64,000 bases of DNA from Proteromonas lacertae (GCA_002245135.1 NGBS01000011.1:62001-126000), one strand, 5' to 3'. Numbered from the stretch's first letter, positions 41,515-55,562 are shown. The notes: generated from the sequence alone by a model not told the origin. Numbers and translations are program-made.

Positions 41515-43576
41515 ATGAAAGTAATTGATAATTAAATTGGTCAAAATGGGTATTAAATTTAGTAATTAATTTTATAGGTTAAGTCGATTACTTGTGGATA
41601 ATGGTTATGGTGATTTGAAAGTAAAAGTGGGAAATGAAGAGATAACCTGTGTAAAGAACATATTAATGAATGCAAATTCAACAATCAAATAGTTATTACT
41701 AGATGATAAGCAGAGTGAAGTATTAGAGTTGTTTGAAAAACGTGAAATACAGTCATTTTTAGAGATAGAAAAGTTCTATAGCGGAGGTTATATGGAATTA
41801 CATGAGAATAACATCTGTGATATATTGAGATTTAGTATATATTATTATGATAATCGAATAATGAGAATCTGTAAGAGATATTTAAAGAATCATTTGAATG
41901 ATGATATTATGATGGAAATATTCGATATGTTATATGAAATAAATATAAATAATGAAGTATTAAATGAATTAGTTAATATGAGTGAGAATTATATTAATAA
42001 GAATGGATTTAAATACTTAAACGATGGTATATACTGCATATATTTATAATAGATGATTTGTTGTTAAAACTGAATTTTAAATCGATTGCTGAGATGGTAT
42101 AAGAATAAATTGTCGGAGAAAGAAGAGAATAAAGAGGACTTGAATGAGTTTATCTCAATATTAAAATCAAAGATTCATTTGAATGAAATAATAGTAGAAG
42201 AATTAGAAGCAGGGAATTTGTCAATACTGAAAGAGTTTAAACTCGAAATAAAAGAATATGTAAATGATCACATATGTATAAAAACAAAAGAAATTAGTAA
42301 TATTGAATTGATGGAAATAATTAACGAATATTATATTGAAGATGAAAACAAAATTGAGGTGAGTGAAAGTGATATGATAATATTATTAAAGAATGAAGTA
42401 AAAATAGAAATGATAAAGCTATTATCATCTAGTGATGATATAAAACTGATTGAAATTATCTTATCTTTAATAATGGAAATGAAAGCTTCTGAGATTATAT
42501 CATCAGATTTGAAGAGTGTATTGTTATTGAAATTATTATGTGAATATAATCTGACTAAAAGAATTAGAGCATCAAAATGTTTGTGTTTATTTGTGGATAA
42601 CTGTGAGTATATCTCTACAATAAAATGTCTTTGTGGAAAAGAGGTGTTATTTGTTATATTGAATAATGAGTATTATCTTAGAAATGAATCTAAACAGTTA
42701 TTAATAAAATATATTATTGAAATGAATTTAAGTAGAAATGAAAAAGATGAAATGGGTAGAATTATAACTAATAATGAGATGTTGAATGAACTGAAATTTA
42801 ATGATATAACATCTTTTTCATATCCTCAGTCACAATATTCATTTCCAGTAGATGAAGATATTGAACTAATTCCTTTATTTGATGGAAAAGAATGTGAGTT
42901 TACAATAAATCCTTCATTACCTGATGGTATAGTATTAGTTAAAGGCAGTGGAATTATTCATGGAAAAGCAGAAGATTCTTTAGAAAATTGTGAGTTTGAA
43001 ATAATATGTAGAAATAATGTAAGTGAAAAAATATGTAAAATATCAATAGCATTCATGTTGGGTTTATTTACAGAAGTAAACAAAAGTGATGGAATATTTA
43101 TATCAAGTAATGGGAAAATAATGAAAAATACAAATGTCTGTTATAGTCATTGCTATATAAATCTAAAAATGAAAAGTGGGATATATCATATCAAATATAA
43201 GTTTAATCAAAATGGGAGTAAATATGATTCAATTGTTTTAGGATTATCAACTACAAATAATTATGCTGGTAAAGATATTCAAAATAGATCAACAACATGC
43301 AATTATTTTGCTGCTAATGGAAGAAGTCAAGATAGTAATAGTTGTAAGTGGTTTCATGTTGGAACAATCGTTAATAAAAACCCACATTTCAATAATCATA
43401 AAGAAGGTTGTATTTATGAAATGATAGTAAATATGTATAACAGAGTGTTATCCATTTCACTTAATGATTAAATTCCTGTTGAATTAATTAAAGATCTGCC
43501 TTCAACGTTATATCCATATGCTATTTGTAAAGCTAATGCTTCTATTGAATTAATGTCAGTGTCTAAACATAATTAA
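41515..43576 (+). pseudogene. BTB + putative-Ig + SPRY-like protein, disrupted
   Basis: In-frame stops TAA 41533, TAG 41690, TAA 43469 and a probable deletion/frameshift near 42085 relative to paralog 3251-4750; FTINPSLPDGIVLVKGSGIIHG Ig-like motif. Confidence 0.7.
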
Positions 43577-43715
43577 ACATTGTTATTATCTTTATACAAT
43601 TATATATTATTGCATTTTGTTATTAACGTCTATTTTGAATTGATAAATGAACAAATAATAATTACTATATAAAGGCATTAAATATCAAACATTTAGCTTG
43701 AATCAGTATTTTGAA

Positions 43716-45341
43716 ATGAGTGAAAATAGGATCAAAGTAGGAAGTTTAGAAAATAAAGAAGGAGTATTTTATTATCGTTATATTTGAATGAATAGATATT
43801 TGGAAATATAGGTAATGAAGCTATAAAGAAAGGCATATCTGCTGGAAATATAAATATCAATACATCTAAAGGTATTTAAATGATTATAATTATGTATTTA
43901 TAGAAGCAGGAATTGCTCAATACTCTGCCAAAACTATAGCGGCAAAAGAAAAGCAAGATGAAATAATACGAAGTGTAGAAGCAGAAAGAAGGGTGAAAAA
44001 ATTAGTAATTCCAACAAATGAAGATGAAATTAAAGCAGCAGTATATTTTTGTGTTAATCTTTTGTTTAATAGTTAAGATCAATAGGTGAGCCAATCACTC
44101 TGTTTGGTGAAAGTGCTGGAGATAGAAGTAATCGTTTAAGAAGATCATTGGTTAGTTTAAACATCACAGATTTAGATCAAAGTCAAATTAAAGCAGCAAT
44201 GTGTCAGAAAACAGAGCATAAAGATGAACAAGTGAAAAACACAGATGAATTCCGTTATCCTGCAGGTCCAGAGTTAATAGAAGCAAGAAAAAGGATATGT
44301 GAATATAGTTTTAAAGAAGTTCCACAACGTTTAAAACAAGCAAAATATCTACAACAGAATTTAGAATTATTCAAAGAAAATTTAAAAGGTATAGAAGATA
44401 GAAGTAATAGACTAACTAAAATGGAAATAATGAGTAGTGAATATGGTGGAAAAAGAAGTTTAAGCTGTATAAGAATCAATAAAAAAAATAATATTTATGT
44501 AACTTCCAGTTGGAGTGGAGAAATAAACGTATGGGATAAAATCAATAACAATAAAATATTAAGTTTAGGAAACGAAGATAATATTCAAATATTTAACATT
44601 GCTTTACATCCACAGTGTGATATAACAAATCAAAATAATATTAAAAATGTAAATATTGCAAGTGGTGATTGTGTAGGAAATATAAAGTTATGGAGTTTAG
44701 ATAATAATAATGGATATATAACTACATTAGAAGGACATTTACAAAGAATTGGTTGTTTGGAATTCCATCCAATAGGTAATTACTTAGGAAGTGTATCTTT
44801 TGATGAATCATTTCGATTATGGGATATTGAAACTCAAAAGGAATTATTAGTTCAAGAAGGTCATTATAAACCAATTCATTCATTATCATTTCAATGTGAT
44901 GGTAGTTTATGTATAACTGGAGATTCAGTTGGTGTTGGAAAAGTATGGGATATAAGAAGTGGTAAATGTATTTATAATTTGATTGGTCATTTGGATTGTA
45001 TAGTAAAATGTGATTGTAGTAAGAATGGTTATTATATTGCAACTTGCAGTAAAGATAATACTTCTAAAATATGGGATATAAGGAATATGAAATGTTTATA
45101 CACTTTGCCTGGGCATTTAGACTTGATTTCTGATATTCGATTTTCACCAATAGATGGTGAATTTTTAGTTACTTCTTCATTTGATAAAACTATAAAAATT
45201 TGGTCAATTAAGACTTTTAAATGTTTAGCTACTTTGAAAGGACATGAGAATAAGATTACAAGTTGTGATTTTGCTAGTGATGAGAATGTTATTGTTTCTT
45301 GTGGTTTAGATAAAACATGGAAGAAATGGCAAGTTTGTTAA
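43716..45341 (+). CDS. PRPF4: U4/U6 snRNP protein Prp4 (WD40)
   Basis: IPTNEDEIKAA|LRSIGEPITLFGE motif; WD repeats LLVQEGH, FHPIGNYLG. Confidence 0.93.
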
Positions 45342-45401
45342 AAATAAAAATTAAAAAATTAAAAATAATAAATAATAAAAGATTCTTTTGTTTTTTTTAT
45401 C

Positions 45402-46113
45402 TTATTGAGAAAATGAAAATTCTGAATATTTTGTGAAGAATAATTGTATATTGAATGAATTATTCTGTAATGATTTGATTGGAATTATTTCTCTACTTCT
45501 TTGTATTGCATTATCATCAAATGTATCAATACACCAAACATTCTTATTTATTTCAATACTTTCATTACTTATATGGTGTACGCATACATTTATGTAGAAT
45601 GAAGTGTCTAAAGAAAATATTGGAATGTACTGAGATGATAAATTGAGTTTCACGAATAATAAATTGAAATATTCATCAATCTACAAAATATTATAAAAAT
45701 ATTGTTCAATACCACTCTTGTATCAGTAATTTCTTGATTTAAATTCATTTGGATTGTTGAAATAAATTCTATATGTTCATTTTGATGAAAAACAATCTCT
45801 AATTTGTCAAATTCGCCCTATATATTTTATAATATTAGTCAATAAACAATACTGATTCAAAAAATGGTTTTGTATTCATTAAAATATCATGAATGTACTG
45901 AATTAGGTCAGGATGAATACACATCCTTAAATAAACTCCAAATTTGTGACATCTTTCAAATATTTCTATTAATGACATATTCAAATCCAATACCTTCGGG
46001 ATATAATTGTGACAAGTACACTAAATTGTGAATATAAACTTCCATAAGGTTTAATATATGTTCAATAATTTCTAAAATTGTATGAAATCAAAAATACCCT
46101 CACTAACTGGCAT
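45402..46113 (-). CDS. MAD2L2: HORMA protein REV7/MAD2L2
   Basis: Spliced MEVYIHNLVYLSQLYPE|EIFERCHKFGVYLRMCIHPDLIQYIHDIL. Confidence 0.8.
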
Positions 46114-46220
46114 AATAATATGAATTTAAGATTTATAGGGTTTTCAAAACAATTTTCAAATAATTCTATCCCCACAAAAATAAGAAAAACAATTAAAACG
46201 ATGATTAATCTTATTTCATT

Positions 46221-47220
<1,000 letters not shown>

Positions 47221-47349
47221 TTTAAATTTTGGATGAAGGAAAACGAATCTATTTCGATCAATTTTGGAACAATCAACAAAATATGCAAAAAAAGTGTTCT
47301 AAACTTATATATTTTCACTTAAATTTATTATGTACATCATAATCTACAG

Positions 47350-48326
47350 TTATTTTATGCTTTCACAGATTTCTTCACATTTTGAAAATAAATACTCTCT
47401 TTTATTCTTCCAGTATCTATCCAATCTGCTTATCTTTATCTTACAATCACCATAATACAATCCACTCTCATATTCACACAACTTTGAAACAGAACAATAA
47501 ATAGTAGTTGAACAGCCTTCTTCTACTGTTTTTTCTACACATCCATAACAACTCATGGGAGAATGTTTAAAATTACGATATAATTGCGTATTAATCACTC
47601 CTGGATGAACTGCATAAAAATGAACATTCTTCTCTCTCAAACTATATTCATAACATATCTGATTGATTTGTAATTTAGAATTACAATATGCTTTAAACCT
47701 ATTAAAACAACAACCAGTAGGTGGAATAGTATAAAATGGATTTGCAAACCAATGGCTAAATGAGGATAGAAATATTACTCTAGAATGTTCTCTTTCTCTT
47801 AATTGATTTAATAATAATTTAGTTAACAAAAATGGACCTAACACATTAACACTGAAATGAATTTCTAAGTTATTCTCTGTATTCTCAAACTTATCATTAC
47901 CTATTATTCCTGCGTTGTTTATTAATATGTCTAATGGATATTCTTTCTCTTCATATGCTAAACAAAACACTCGAATACTGTGTAAACTACTCAAATCTAA
48001 TTTCATTACTTCTATTTCACTGTTATTTGTTAAATATTTTAATTCATTAGCGAGTTTATTACCTTCAGATATGTTACGACATCCTAAAATCAAATGAGCT
48101 TTAGTTTCTGCTAAAACATGAGCTGTTTCTCTTCCAATTCCACTGGTAGCTCCCTATTATATATTTATAAACTTATAATACTGTTATTATTACATAGCGA
48201 TCTTTCAAATTCACATTTTCGTTTTGAATTATCTCATTTCCAGTTGTCTTACTGTTATATGGATGACTATTAAGATTTATTATTTTTTATCAAAATAAAT
48301 ATATCATACGATTGAAAATTTCCCAT
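47350..48326 (-). CDS. Short-chain dehydrogenase/reductase (retinol dehydrogenase-like)
   Basis: GATSGIG, LDLSSL, LINNAG, YCNSK, VHPGVINT; MGNFQS start. Confidence 0.9.
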
Positions 48327-49723
48327 TTTAGATAAATGGTTTATGAAAAAAAGATTAGAAATACCCAAAAGTTTTAAAAATACAAAGAAATTGTATTAAC
48401 ATTAAAAATATTTATAAAAATATCAAAAGTAAATGAAGAACTGTTAGAAGGTGAATGACAGTACTTGAAATCAAACATATAGAATTAATACAGCTGTTAG
48501 TAGGATGTTGTAGTATATGTATTATATAACAGTTTCAATATGCAGCACAAATGATTTCAACTCATTCACAGCACTAAAAAGAGTGTAACGTGTGGAGGAA
48601 TGTATATTTAAAATGTATGTATCTTTAATACAGAAAACAATTATAGCATGTTGTTGTGCGCCGTTGAGCTAAATGAGCCGTTGGGCGTTAAGAAGACTTT
48701 TTTCAAAACTAATATCATATTTATGATGTTGACGATGAGTTATGTTCAAATATATATTTAGTTTGTAATATAGACAACTATTTTGTGCAACATAAAATTG
48801 TTATAATATGTTTCAAAACCTACATAAAACTGTAGTACACATCATATATATGTCAAATATAAAATTAATATATTAGTATTATGTTATAATAAAAAGCAGC
48901 AGTTATACAGGAATTAAGAATTATACCCCTTCTGACTTCATAGTGTTTTCACACAAACATTTTTCAAGCATATTATTTTCTTTTAGTTTTTGTATGATAT
49001 ATATACTTTTTATAGAATGATAAAGAATATAAGAGAAATACATATTAGTCTTCTTATTATTTTTAAGATTATTATTCGAAAGAATAAAAATTGAAGAAGA
49101 TTACTATGTATGTACTATTCAAGAAATTTATCTTTATATATGGTAATAAATAATTTTTTATTATGATTTAGCTTTATATTACAAACACATTTTCAACTAT
49201 CTACTTATATTCACATAATATTCCTTCTAACCTACTCAACTCTTTTGAGCTTCTAAATCGTACATTATACACTCTAATTCCTTCTTCTTTTCTCGAACTA
49301 TTTTAGAAAGAACCATACTTTTTCATATAAACAAACAATTTGCAGTATTTTCATTCATTTTCTTATATTAATAATAACTACATATCTTTTTTAAACCACT
49401 ACATGAAAATCTTTTAGCAAGAGTTAAAAATCACTAATCATCTGTACTAATGGTTTGCTATTATATTATTCTCTATCTCTTTCCTCCTTATATTAATTTA
49501 TATGTAATCCTCATTAGTGATTGACATGTTAAAATATGCAATTAAATAAATAGAATCATTTAATGACAAATTTCTCCAATTAATAATGATTCCATCATTT
49601 AATTACCACATTTAAGACTTGGAACATTCATTTCATCTAATTATTCCTATTAAGAATAAATTAGCATTTATACAACTACTATTCCAGTAAATTTCTATAA
49701 ATCACATATACATAGTATTTAGA

Positions 49724-49795
49724 GTGCTCAAAAAATAACAAGAATCGACACAAACATAAGTTTGATCATTTTCTCAATTTTTATTTTTTGAGCAC
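49724..49795. repeat. 15-bp perfect inverted repeat with a 42-nt spacer
   Basis: GTGCTCAAAAAATAA ... TTATTTTTTGAGCAC. Confidence 0.8.
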
Positions 49796-50129
49796 CTGCC
49801 TCCTATAGGAAGTAAGGGCTCAATATAATAATATATTATGTGTATATGATGATTATATCAAACATTAATTTAAATATATTAGTCTAATTTTCGTAATCTA
49901 GCTATTTCCTTAATTATTTATAATTGATTTATAGTATAATAAAATAATACACATATGTAACACATAATATTTATATGTACCTATTTATACTTTTATCAAA
50001 CATATTTGTAAATATTTCTAATTATAAACATACAAAACACTAACAGATGTATATTTATTTGTTACTCAATGATAATTTAACCTTTGTCTTAAAAATCAAA
50101 TCAAAAATCCATAATAACATCAATGTGTC

Positions 50130-50280
50130 TTTTTTCTCAGTTTGCATAGCTTCTACTATAGCTAAATTTGCACCTTCTTCTACTACTTTACCTTCTTTTA
50201 CTAATACACCATAAAATTACCAGTCATTGAGACAAGCTAAAAATTTGGAATGATTTACTTCAGGTTTTGGAATCATGCTT
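50130..50280 (-). pseudogene. Biotinyl-domain fragment (propionyl-CoA carboxylase alpha-like C-terminus)
   Basis: MIPKPEVNHSKFLAC/MTG/GVLVKEGKVVEEGANLAIVEAMQ with frameshifts; AMK appears as AMQ. Confidence 0.65.
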
Positions 50281-50289
50281 TGATAATTT

Positions 50290-50750
50290 GCTTTCTAAAG
50301 CATTTCTTACATCTATAGTGAAGCTACCTCCATAACCTTCTACTAATCTTTTCATATATTGTACAGCTACCTATTTTAGAAACCTTTGTATGTTTAAAAC
50401 AGAGTTAACTTCTACATCACCACATAATCTCAATACTATTTTTATTTCTTTCCTATTCAATAAACAAGTCTCAATTATCACTTTAACAAGTATATTGGTC
50501 TTATGACATTCCACTACAATAGGAATAATTTCTTTATTTTAATATTTTTAGTCATTTTCTTTTAATGCTACAACAATAACCTTATCTGAGCTATCAGCGT
50601 TATCTTTTATAAATATTTTGGCTTCTTGCAATTTTATCTCTGGAGTTGTTACATCTAGTTGTTACTCTCCTCATTTTTACTTTCTTTCATTATTTTACCA
50701 TCTCTACTGTCTGATTTATCTTCAAGTAGATGGAGCTAAAGGTAAACAAC
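50290..50750 (-). pseudogene. deoC: Deoxyribose-phosphate aldolase fragment
   Basis: TTPEIKLQEAKIFIKDNADSSDKVI and VKVIIETCLL, with frameshifts and stops. Confidence 0.7.
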
Positions 50751-50776
50751 TGTTATTATATCTATTGTACCCTATA

Positions 50777-51190
50777 TTATGAATAATGTGTATATTCATA
50801 ATCATCTCTATATATAGTAACGATAGGCTCCTGTGACGCAAAAACTACTAGTTTTTCAAAAATATGATATTCACACCACATTTCTTCAAGAGAAGTACTA
50901 ACTGTTATATTGGTGGCTATTGATGGCTTTACTATATCCATACAATGTTCAACATAAGCTCCAGGTAAAGGAACACGATAATCTACAAATGGTTCTTTTC
51001 TATCAGGATCTGTATCTACTCTAATAAATACATAATAATTCCCAGCTATATATTCTTCATTACAACAATCTGGTATATCAATAATCCATCGATTATTAAA
51101 ACGCATATGTTGATAAATAGCAAGCATTATCTTACCTTCATAATAATAAGGATAGATATAATGTTCATACTTAGGAGGATTAAATGTCAT
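50777..51190 (-). CDS. Hypothetical protein, possible distant paralog of the 60.4-61.3 kb ORFs
   Basis: Intronless 137-aa ORF; VSTSLEEMWCEYHI motif. Confidence 0.6.
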   Translation of the reverse strand: MTFNPPKYEHYIYPYYYEGKIMLAIYQHMRFNNRWIIDIPDCCNEEYIAGNYYVFIRVDTDPDRKEPFVDYRVPLPGAYVEHCMDIVKPSIATNITVSTSLEEMWCEYHIFEKLVVFASQEPIVTIYRDDYEYTHYS

Positions 51191-51222
51191 AATTAATATT
51201 CAAAAATCCAAAATACCAAGTG

Positions 51223-51330
51223 CATGAACGATTATTGGTTAAAAACAAATAATGGAAACGACATGAATTTTTATTGGTTAAATGCAAATAATAATAACAA
51301 AATGGCATGAATGATTATTGGTTAAAAATC
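51223..51330. promoter_or_regulatory. Three imperfect ~41-bp repeats, each with an ATTGG (CCAAT) box
   Basis: CATGAA...TTATTGGTTAAA three times, just upstream of the 50777-51190 start. Confidence 0.55.
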
Positions 51331-51476
51331 TACAAAAAAAAATATATATATACAAACATACATACATACATACATCTATAAAGAAAACAATAATAATAAA
51401 AATAATAATAATAATAATATATATTAATTAAACATCGAAATTTATAAAAACTATATCGGATTTCATTTCAGTATTA

Positions 51477-52442
51477 TTATCTTCTGAAGATTGATAGTTG
51501 ATTACGACATTTTTCACATGTTTGTGATATTAAAAATGAACAATTATCCCATTCCAGAAAATTTGGTATTGTATAAAAACCTAAACATTTTTTACATTTT
51601 AATTTGACTTCAGTTCTACAGTTTAAACAATTTTTTGCTATTTTAAAAGTTTTATCATCAATTACTAAAAATGAAGTTGATCCAAACCACTTTTTGCATA
51701 CTTCACACTGTTGTTCATTTATATGACTATATATTACTGGCTGAGATAACATTTTCATTTCAAATAAATAATTATTTGTAATATCTACTATAATTTTATT
51801 TCTTTTTAAAATATCAACAATATTTCTTGATAAAATAGTAAAATCATTCCTTGCTTGTGCAGAAATATACATTTCTATATTATTATTACCTAACTGATTT
51901 AAATATTTTGGAATTAAACATTTTCCATTAATCTTATTAAAGAAATGCTTACAGAATATTATTATCATTTCAGGATTACGCAAAAATTCTGCTAAATACG
52001 GAGTTCTATGTTTATTATAGTGATATTTAGTCCAATTTATGTATTTCAAATATTCCCTAAATGAAATCGCCTTCATATATTCAAAATTCGATTTTACTTT
52101 ATGATGTACTGTACTTAAAAATGAAGCATAATCTCTCTCATTATTCTGAATTTGTATATTGATATTTTTATCAATTGTAATTACACTATCTTCATCTGCA
52201 TTTGTATCTACATCTACAACTTCAACTACATTATTATTATTATTAGTATTAGTAGTATTAGTATTATTTTCTGTTTCGCTTTCATTCAAAAAAGGATTTA
52301 ATGATGATGATAACGATGATGTATTATCTAATTCAGGAAGATCCCACATTTCAGGATCACTAAAGTCCATGTAAGATTCTGGATCACTAAATAAAGGTTC
52401 TTCATTAAATAACTCCTCTCTATCTATATCTTGACTTGCCAT
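51477..52442 (-). CDS. Protein with an acidic N-terminus and two tandem C4 zinc-ribbon repeats
   Basis: CEVC...CLNCR and CKKC...CEKCR. Confidence 0.7.
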   Translation of the reverse strand: MASQDIDREELFNEEPLFSDPESYMDFSDPEMWDLPELDNTSSLSSSLNPFLNESETENNTNTTNTNNNNNVVEVVDVDTNADEDSVITIDKNINIQIQNNERDYASFLSTVHHKVKSNFEYMKAISFREYLKYINWTKYHYNKHRTPYLAEFLRNPEMIIIFCKHFFNKINGKCLIPKYLNQLGNNNIEMYISAQARNDFTILSRNIVDILKRNKIIVDITNNYLFEMKMLSQPVIYSHINEQQCEVCKKWFGSTSFLVIDDKTFKIAKNCLNCRTEVKLKCKKCLGFYTIPNFLEWDNCSFLISQTCEKCRNQLSIFRR

Positions 52443-52804
52443 ACAGTTTATTTTCAATGAACTATATATACATTATAGAATTTATAAGATAATTATAAAC
52501 ATGATTATAGTACTATGAATTATGAATTAGATACTCTATGAAAATATATTATAGAATATATAATATACTATAAAATAATAAAAGAAATTATAAGAATTAA
52601 ACAAGAAATCTCTAAATAAATGAGTGTGAGTAAAACAAAAAATTTCAGTTTCACCATAATAATTTATTTTTTTTTATTTTCAAAAACTTGTTTGTAACTG
52701 TAAATTTCATTTCCAATTTTCTCTTTATTTTAGAGAATTTGTCTATTTTAATATTCTTTATAATTAAATTTATATATATAATATTATATATATTCATATT
52801 CATT

Positions 52805-54169
52805 ATGGCTCGTATTAAGAAAGTTTCAAAAAGATCTGCTACAAACAAGAAGTTAGTATATATATATATATATATATTATTTATGATTTATACAAAATAG
52901 GATAAACAAAGAAAAGAGAGTGATAGAAGATTGAATGCAAAAGAGTTTGAAAATATGACTCATCCTTCTCCTCCTCCTCCTTCTCCTCCTCCTCCTACTA
53001 CTACTACTACTGCTACTACTACTACTACTGCTACTAATTCTACAACAACAAATTCAAAATGAGATATTGAGAGTGATAGCGAAGAAGCTATATTAGATGA
53101 TTTTATGAAAGTATATGATAAAGATATAAAGGAGTGGAGAGAAGCAGAAGAAAAAGAAATGTATGAAGCAGGTGAATTTATTCCTTGGAATGATCAGAAA
53201 AGAATCAATGAATTTGTCAACAAGTGCATGACATTATATCTAGAAAACAAATCAGAAGATGAAATTAAAAAAGAAATTAGAAAGATGCTGTTAGATTATA
53301 AATTCAAACGTGGTTATCTGAATGAAATATTACGAAGAGTGGATCAAGCAAAACATGAACATGATCAAATGCAAAAGTTGAAAGAAGCTCCTCATCCTAA
53401 AGAATGTTCAACAAGAACAATATCTAATGAAGAATATGAAAGATTAGTAAAGAGTGCTGAAGAAAGTGCAAAAGCAAGAGAAGAAAAAGAAGATGATGAA
53501 ATACCTGATCCACCAAAGATTAAAAGATTACACTGTGAATTTTATAATTTATGGAATTGAGATAAAAATGATGAAGATACAGAAGAAAAAGTCAGAAAGC
53601 ATATTAAGAAATATCAACCCAAAGATGAAAAAAAGTTGTTAGTTAGATATGATATTTATGGTAGACCTATGGATGAAGTAGATGAAGAATATGATCCAGA
53701 AAAACCAGTTGATACTAGCGATGATGAAGAAGAAGTTATTGGTGATGATTATGATGATGATGATGATGTTTATAGTGATATTATGGAAGAAGAAAATGAT
53801 GATGTAGAATGTAATGAAACACTTAGTAATATGGAAACTGATAGTGATATTATACCTTATACTCAAACATCACCAACCTATTCTCCAACTTCTATAATAG
53901 ATACTGTTTCTAAAAAAGAAGAAGAAGAAGAAGAAGAATTTGTTCCTGGTACTCCTCAAGATGAAGAAATAGAAACTCATGGTGTTAAATATTCAAGTGA
54001 TGAAGAAGAATCTGATCAATCAGATGATGAATGTAGATTAATTATCAAAATCATGAGTAAGAAGATCAAAGACATATTCAAGAACATGAAGATAGGTGCT
54101 TTTAGCGTAAAAGAATATAATCACAGTTATGATGTTTCAATAAATATAAGAAAAAACACCATTAATTAA
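52805..54169 (+). pseudogene. ~440-codon acidic protein with one intron and two in-frame TGA codons
   Basis: MARIKKVSKRS; intron 52856-52900; TGA at 53060 and 53558 with the frame continuing through ORFs 53105 and 53636. Confidence 0.65.
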
Positions 54170-54231
54170 AATATTATTATTATTATTAAAATGATTACTA
54201 TATTATCTTATTATTTGTTTGTTCTTTATTT

Positions 54232-54800
54232 TTAATTATTCATTGCTGATGGAATAACAAATTCTGTCATAACAGGAACAGTAGGATGTATACATTGAGT
54301 TATTGATGTAGGAGAGTTTTCTAATGAGTTTGCTAAAGGTGTAATTTCTTCATCATCTTCTTCTCTAAATTTATCGCCTGCTTGTTTGATTGCTACTAGA
54401 AGTTCTATTCTTCTTAATTCTGACAATAAATGTTCTGTTTGAAATACTAATCCACTAATTTGTTGAGATGGCATTGTATAGAATGGTAAATCATCATCAC
54501 TTCTATATTTACTAAAGAAATCATATAAATTGTTAACAATATTGATTAAATGCGAATCTGTATGACATACACACACTGCTGTATTAATAGATACTTTCTT
54601 ACTTGTTCTAGTTCTCTTTGGTTTAGTTTTTGGTAATTCATTTGTTGTAGTTTGAGTATTATTGTTTTCTATTTTTACTCCTCCATTATCTTGTACTGAA
54701 TCTCTATTAGTCTTTTTAGTATTTGTTCTTCTTCTTTTAATCGGTTTTGTATCAGTGACATTTGTATTTGGTTTTTCTGGTAATTTTGGTGATATAATCT
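54232..54800 (-). CDS. Hypothetical protein with basic NLS-like tracts; start unclear
   Basis: Frame open upstream of ORF 54232-54576 (PIKRRRT, KPKRTRTSKK). Confidence 0.5.
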
Positions 54801-54933
54801 AATATCATTCAAGAAAATGATAAATGAAATTATTTTTAATATTTTATAAATCTAAAAAACAAAAACCTAAAATATAAGATTAGTGAAATATGATTGGCTA
54901 TTTTCTAATTAATATCTTTTCTACTAAACGTCG

Positions 54934-55554
54934 TCAAATATCAAACTGTGTTTGTCTTGTTATAGTTCGTCTTGATCCTATTCTTGGTGGACTCGGCTTG
55001 GAATTGGTAATTGGTTGATGAGGTGAAAAAAAATGCTCTACTAATTCTTCATTATCATTTATCATTGTACTATTACTATGTGTAGTTTCTTCTTCTTCTT
55101 CTTCTCGTGATACATTATGAACAGTATTTTCTTCTGATAATGATTTATTCTTTTTATAATTACGTATAGGACTCATAAAGAAATTAGATAATCTTCTTCC
55201 ATATGATATATGTTGTTGTTGTTGTTGATTATGTAAATTTGATATTGTGGGTGTTGAAGGTGAATAAAGTGAATGTGGTGTTTTAATTCCAAAACATCTC
55301 ATAATCATTGTTTTTAATTTTAATAATACTAATAAAACTACAGAGACAAGTGCAATTATTAATTCTGTTTTCATAGAGTTGATTACATCATTAATTAATG
55401 TTACATTAGATGTCATATTATTCACTAATTGATTAATAAATTGAATTGTGTAATTTTTATCCATATGATGAAAAAATCTATGAATATTATATTTATAGTA
55501 ACAATACATCGAGAAAATTACGAATAAACTTTCATTCATGTTTTTCTTGAACAT
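54934..55554 (-). CDS. Hypothetical single-pass membrane protein
   Basis: LIIALVSVVLLVLL segment followed by a disordered tail. Confidence 0.55.
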   Translation of the reverse strand: MFKKNMNESLFVIFSMYCYYKYNIHRFFHHMDKNYTIQFINQLVNNMTSNVTLINDVINSMKTELIIALVSVVLLVLLKLKTMIMRCFGIKTPHSLYSPSTPTISNLHNQQQQQHISYGRRLSNFFMSPIRNYKKNKSLSEENTVHNVSREEEEEETTHSNSTMINDNEELVEHFFSPHQPITNSKPSPPRIGSRRTITRQTQFDI

Positions 55555-55562
55555 AGTTTCAC

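Noticed and set aside
51223..51330. CRISPR-like array
   Set aside because: Only three degenerate units, no unique spacers, no cas genes, eukaryotic context
52960..53050. CCT/ACT microsatellite
   Set aside because: Simply encodes a Pro/Thr low-complexity linker
54216..54223. TGTTTGTT motif (Blastocystis polyadenylation-created stop signal)
   Set aside because: The upstream ORF already has an encoded stop, and the genes examined end in genomic stops
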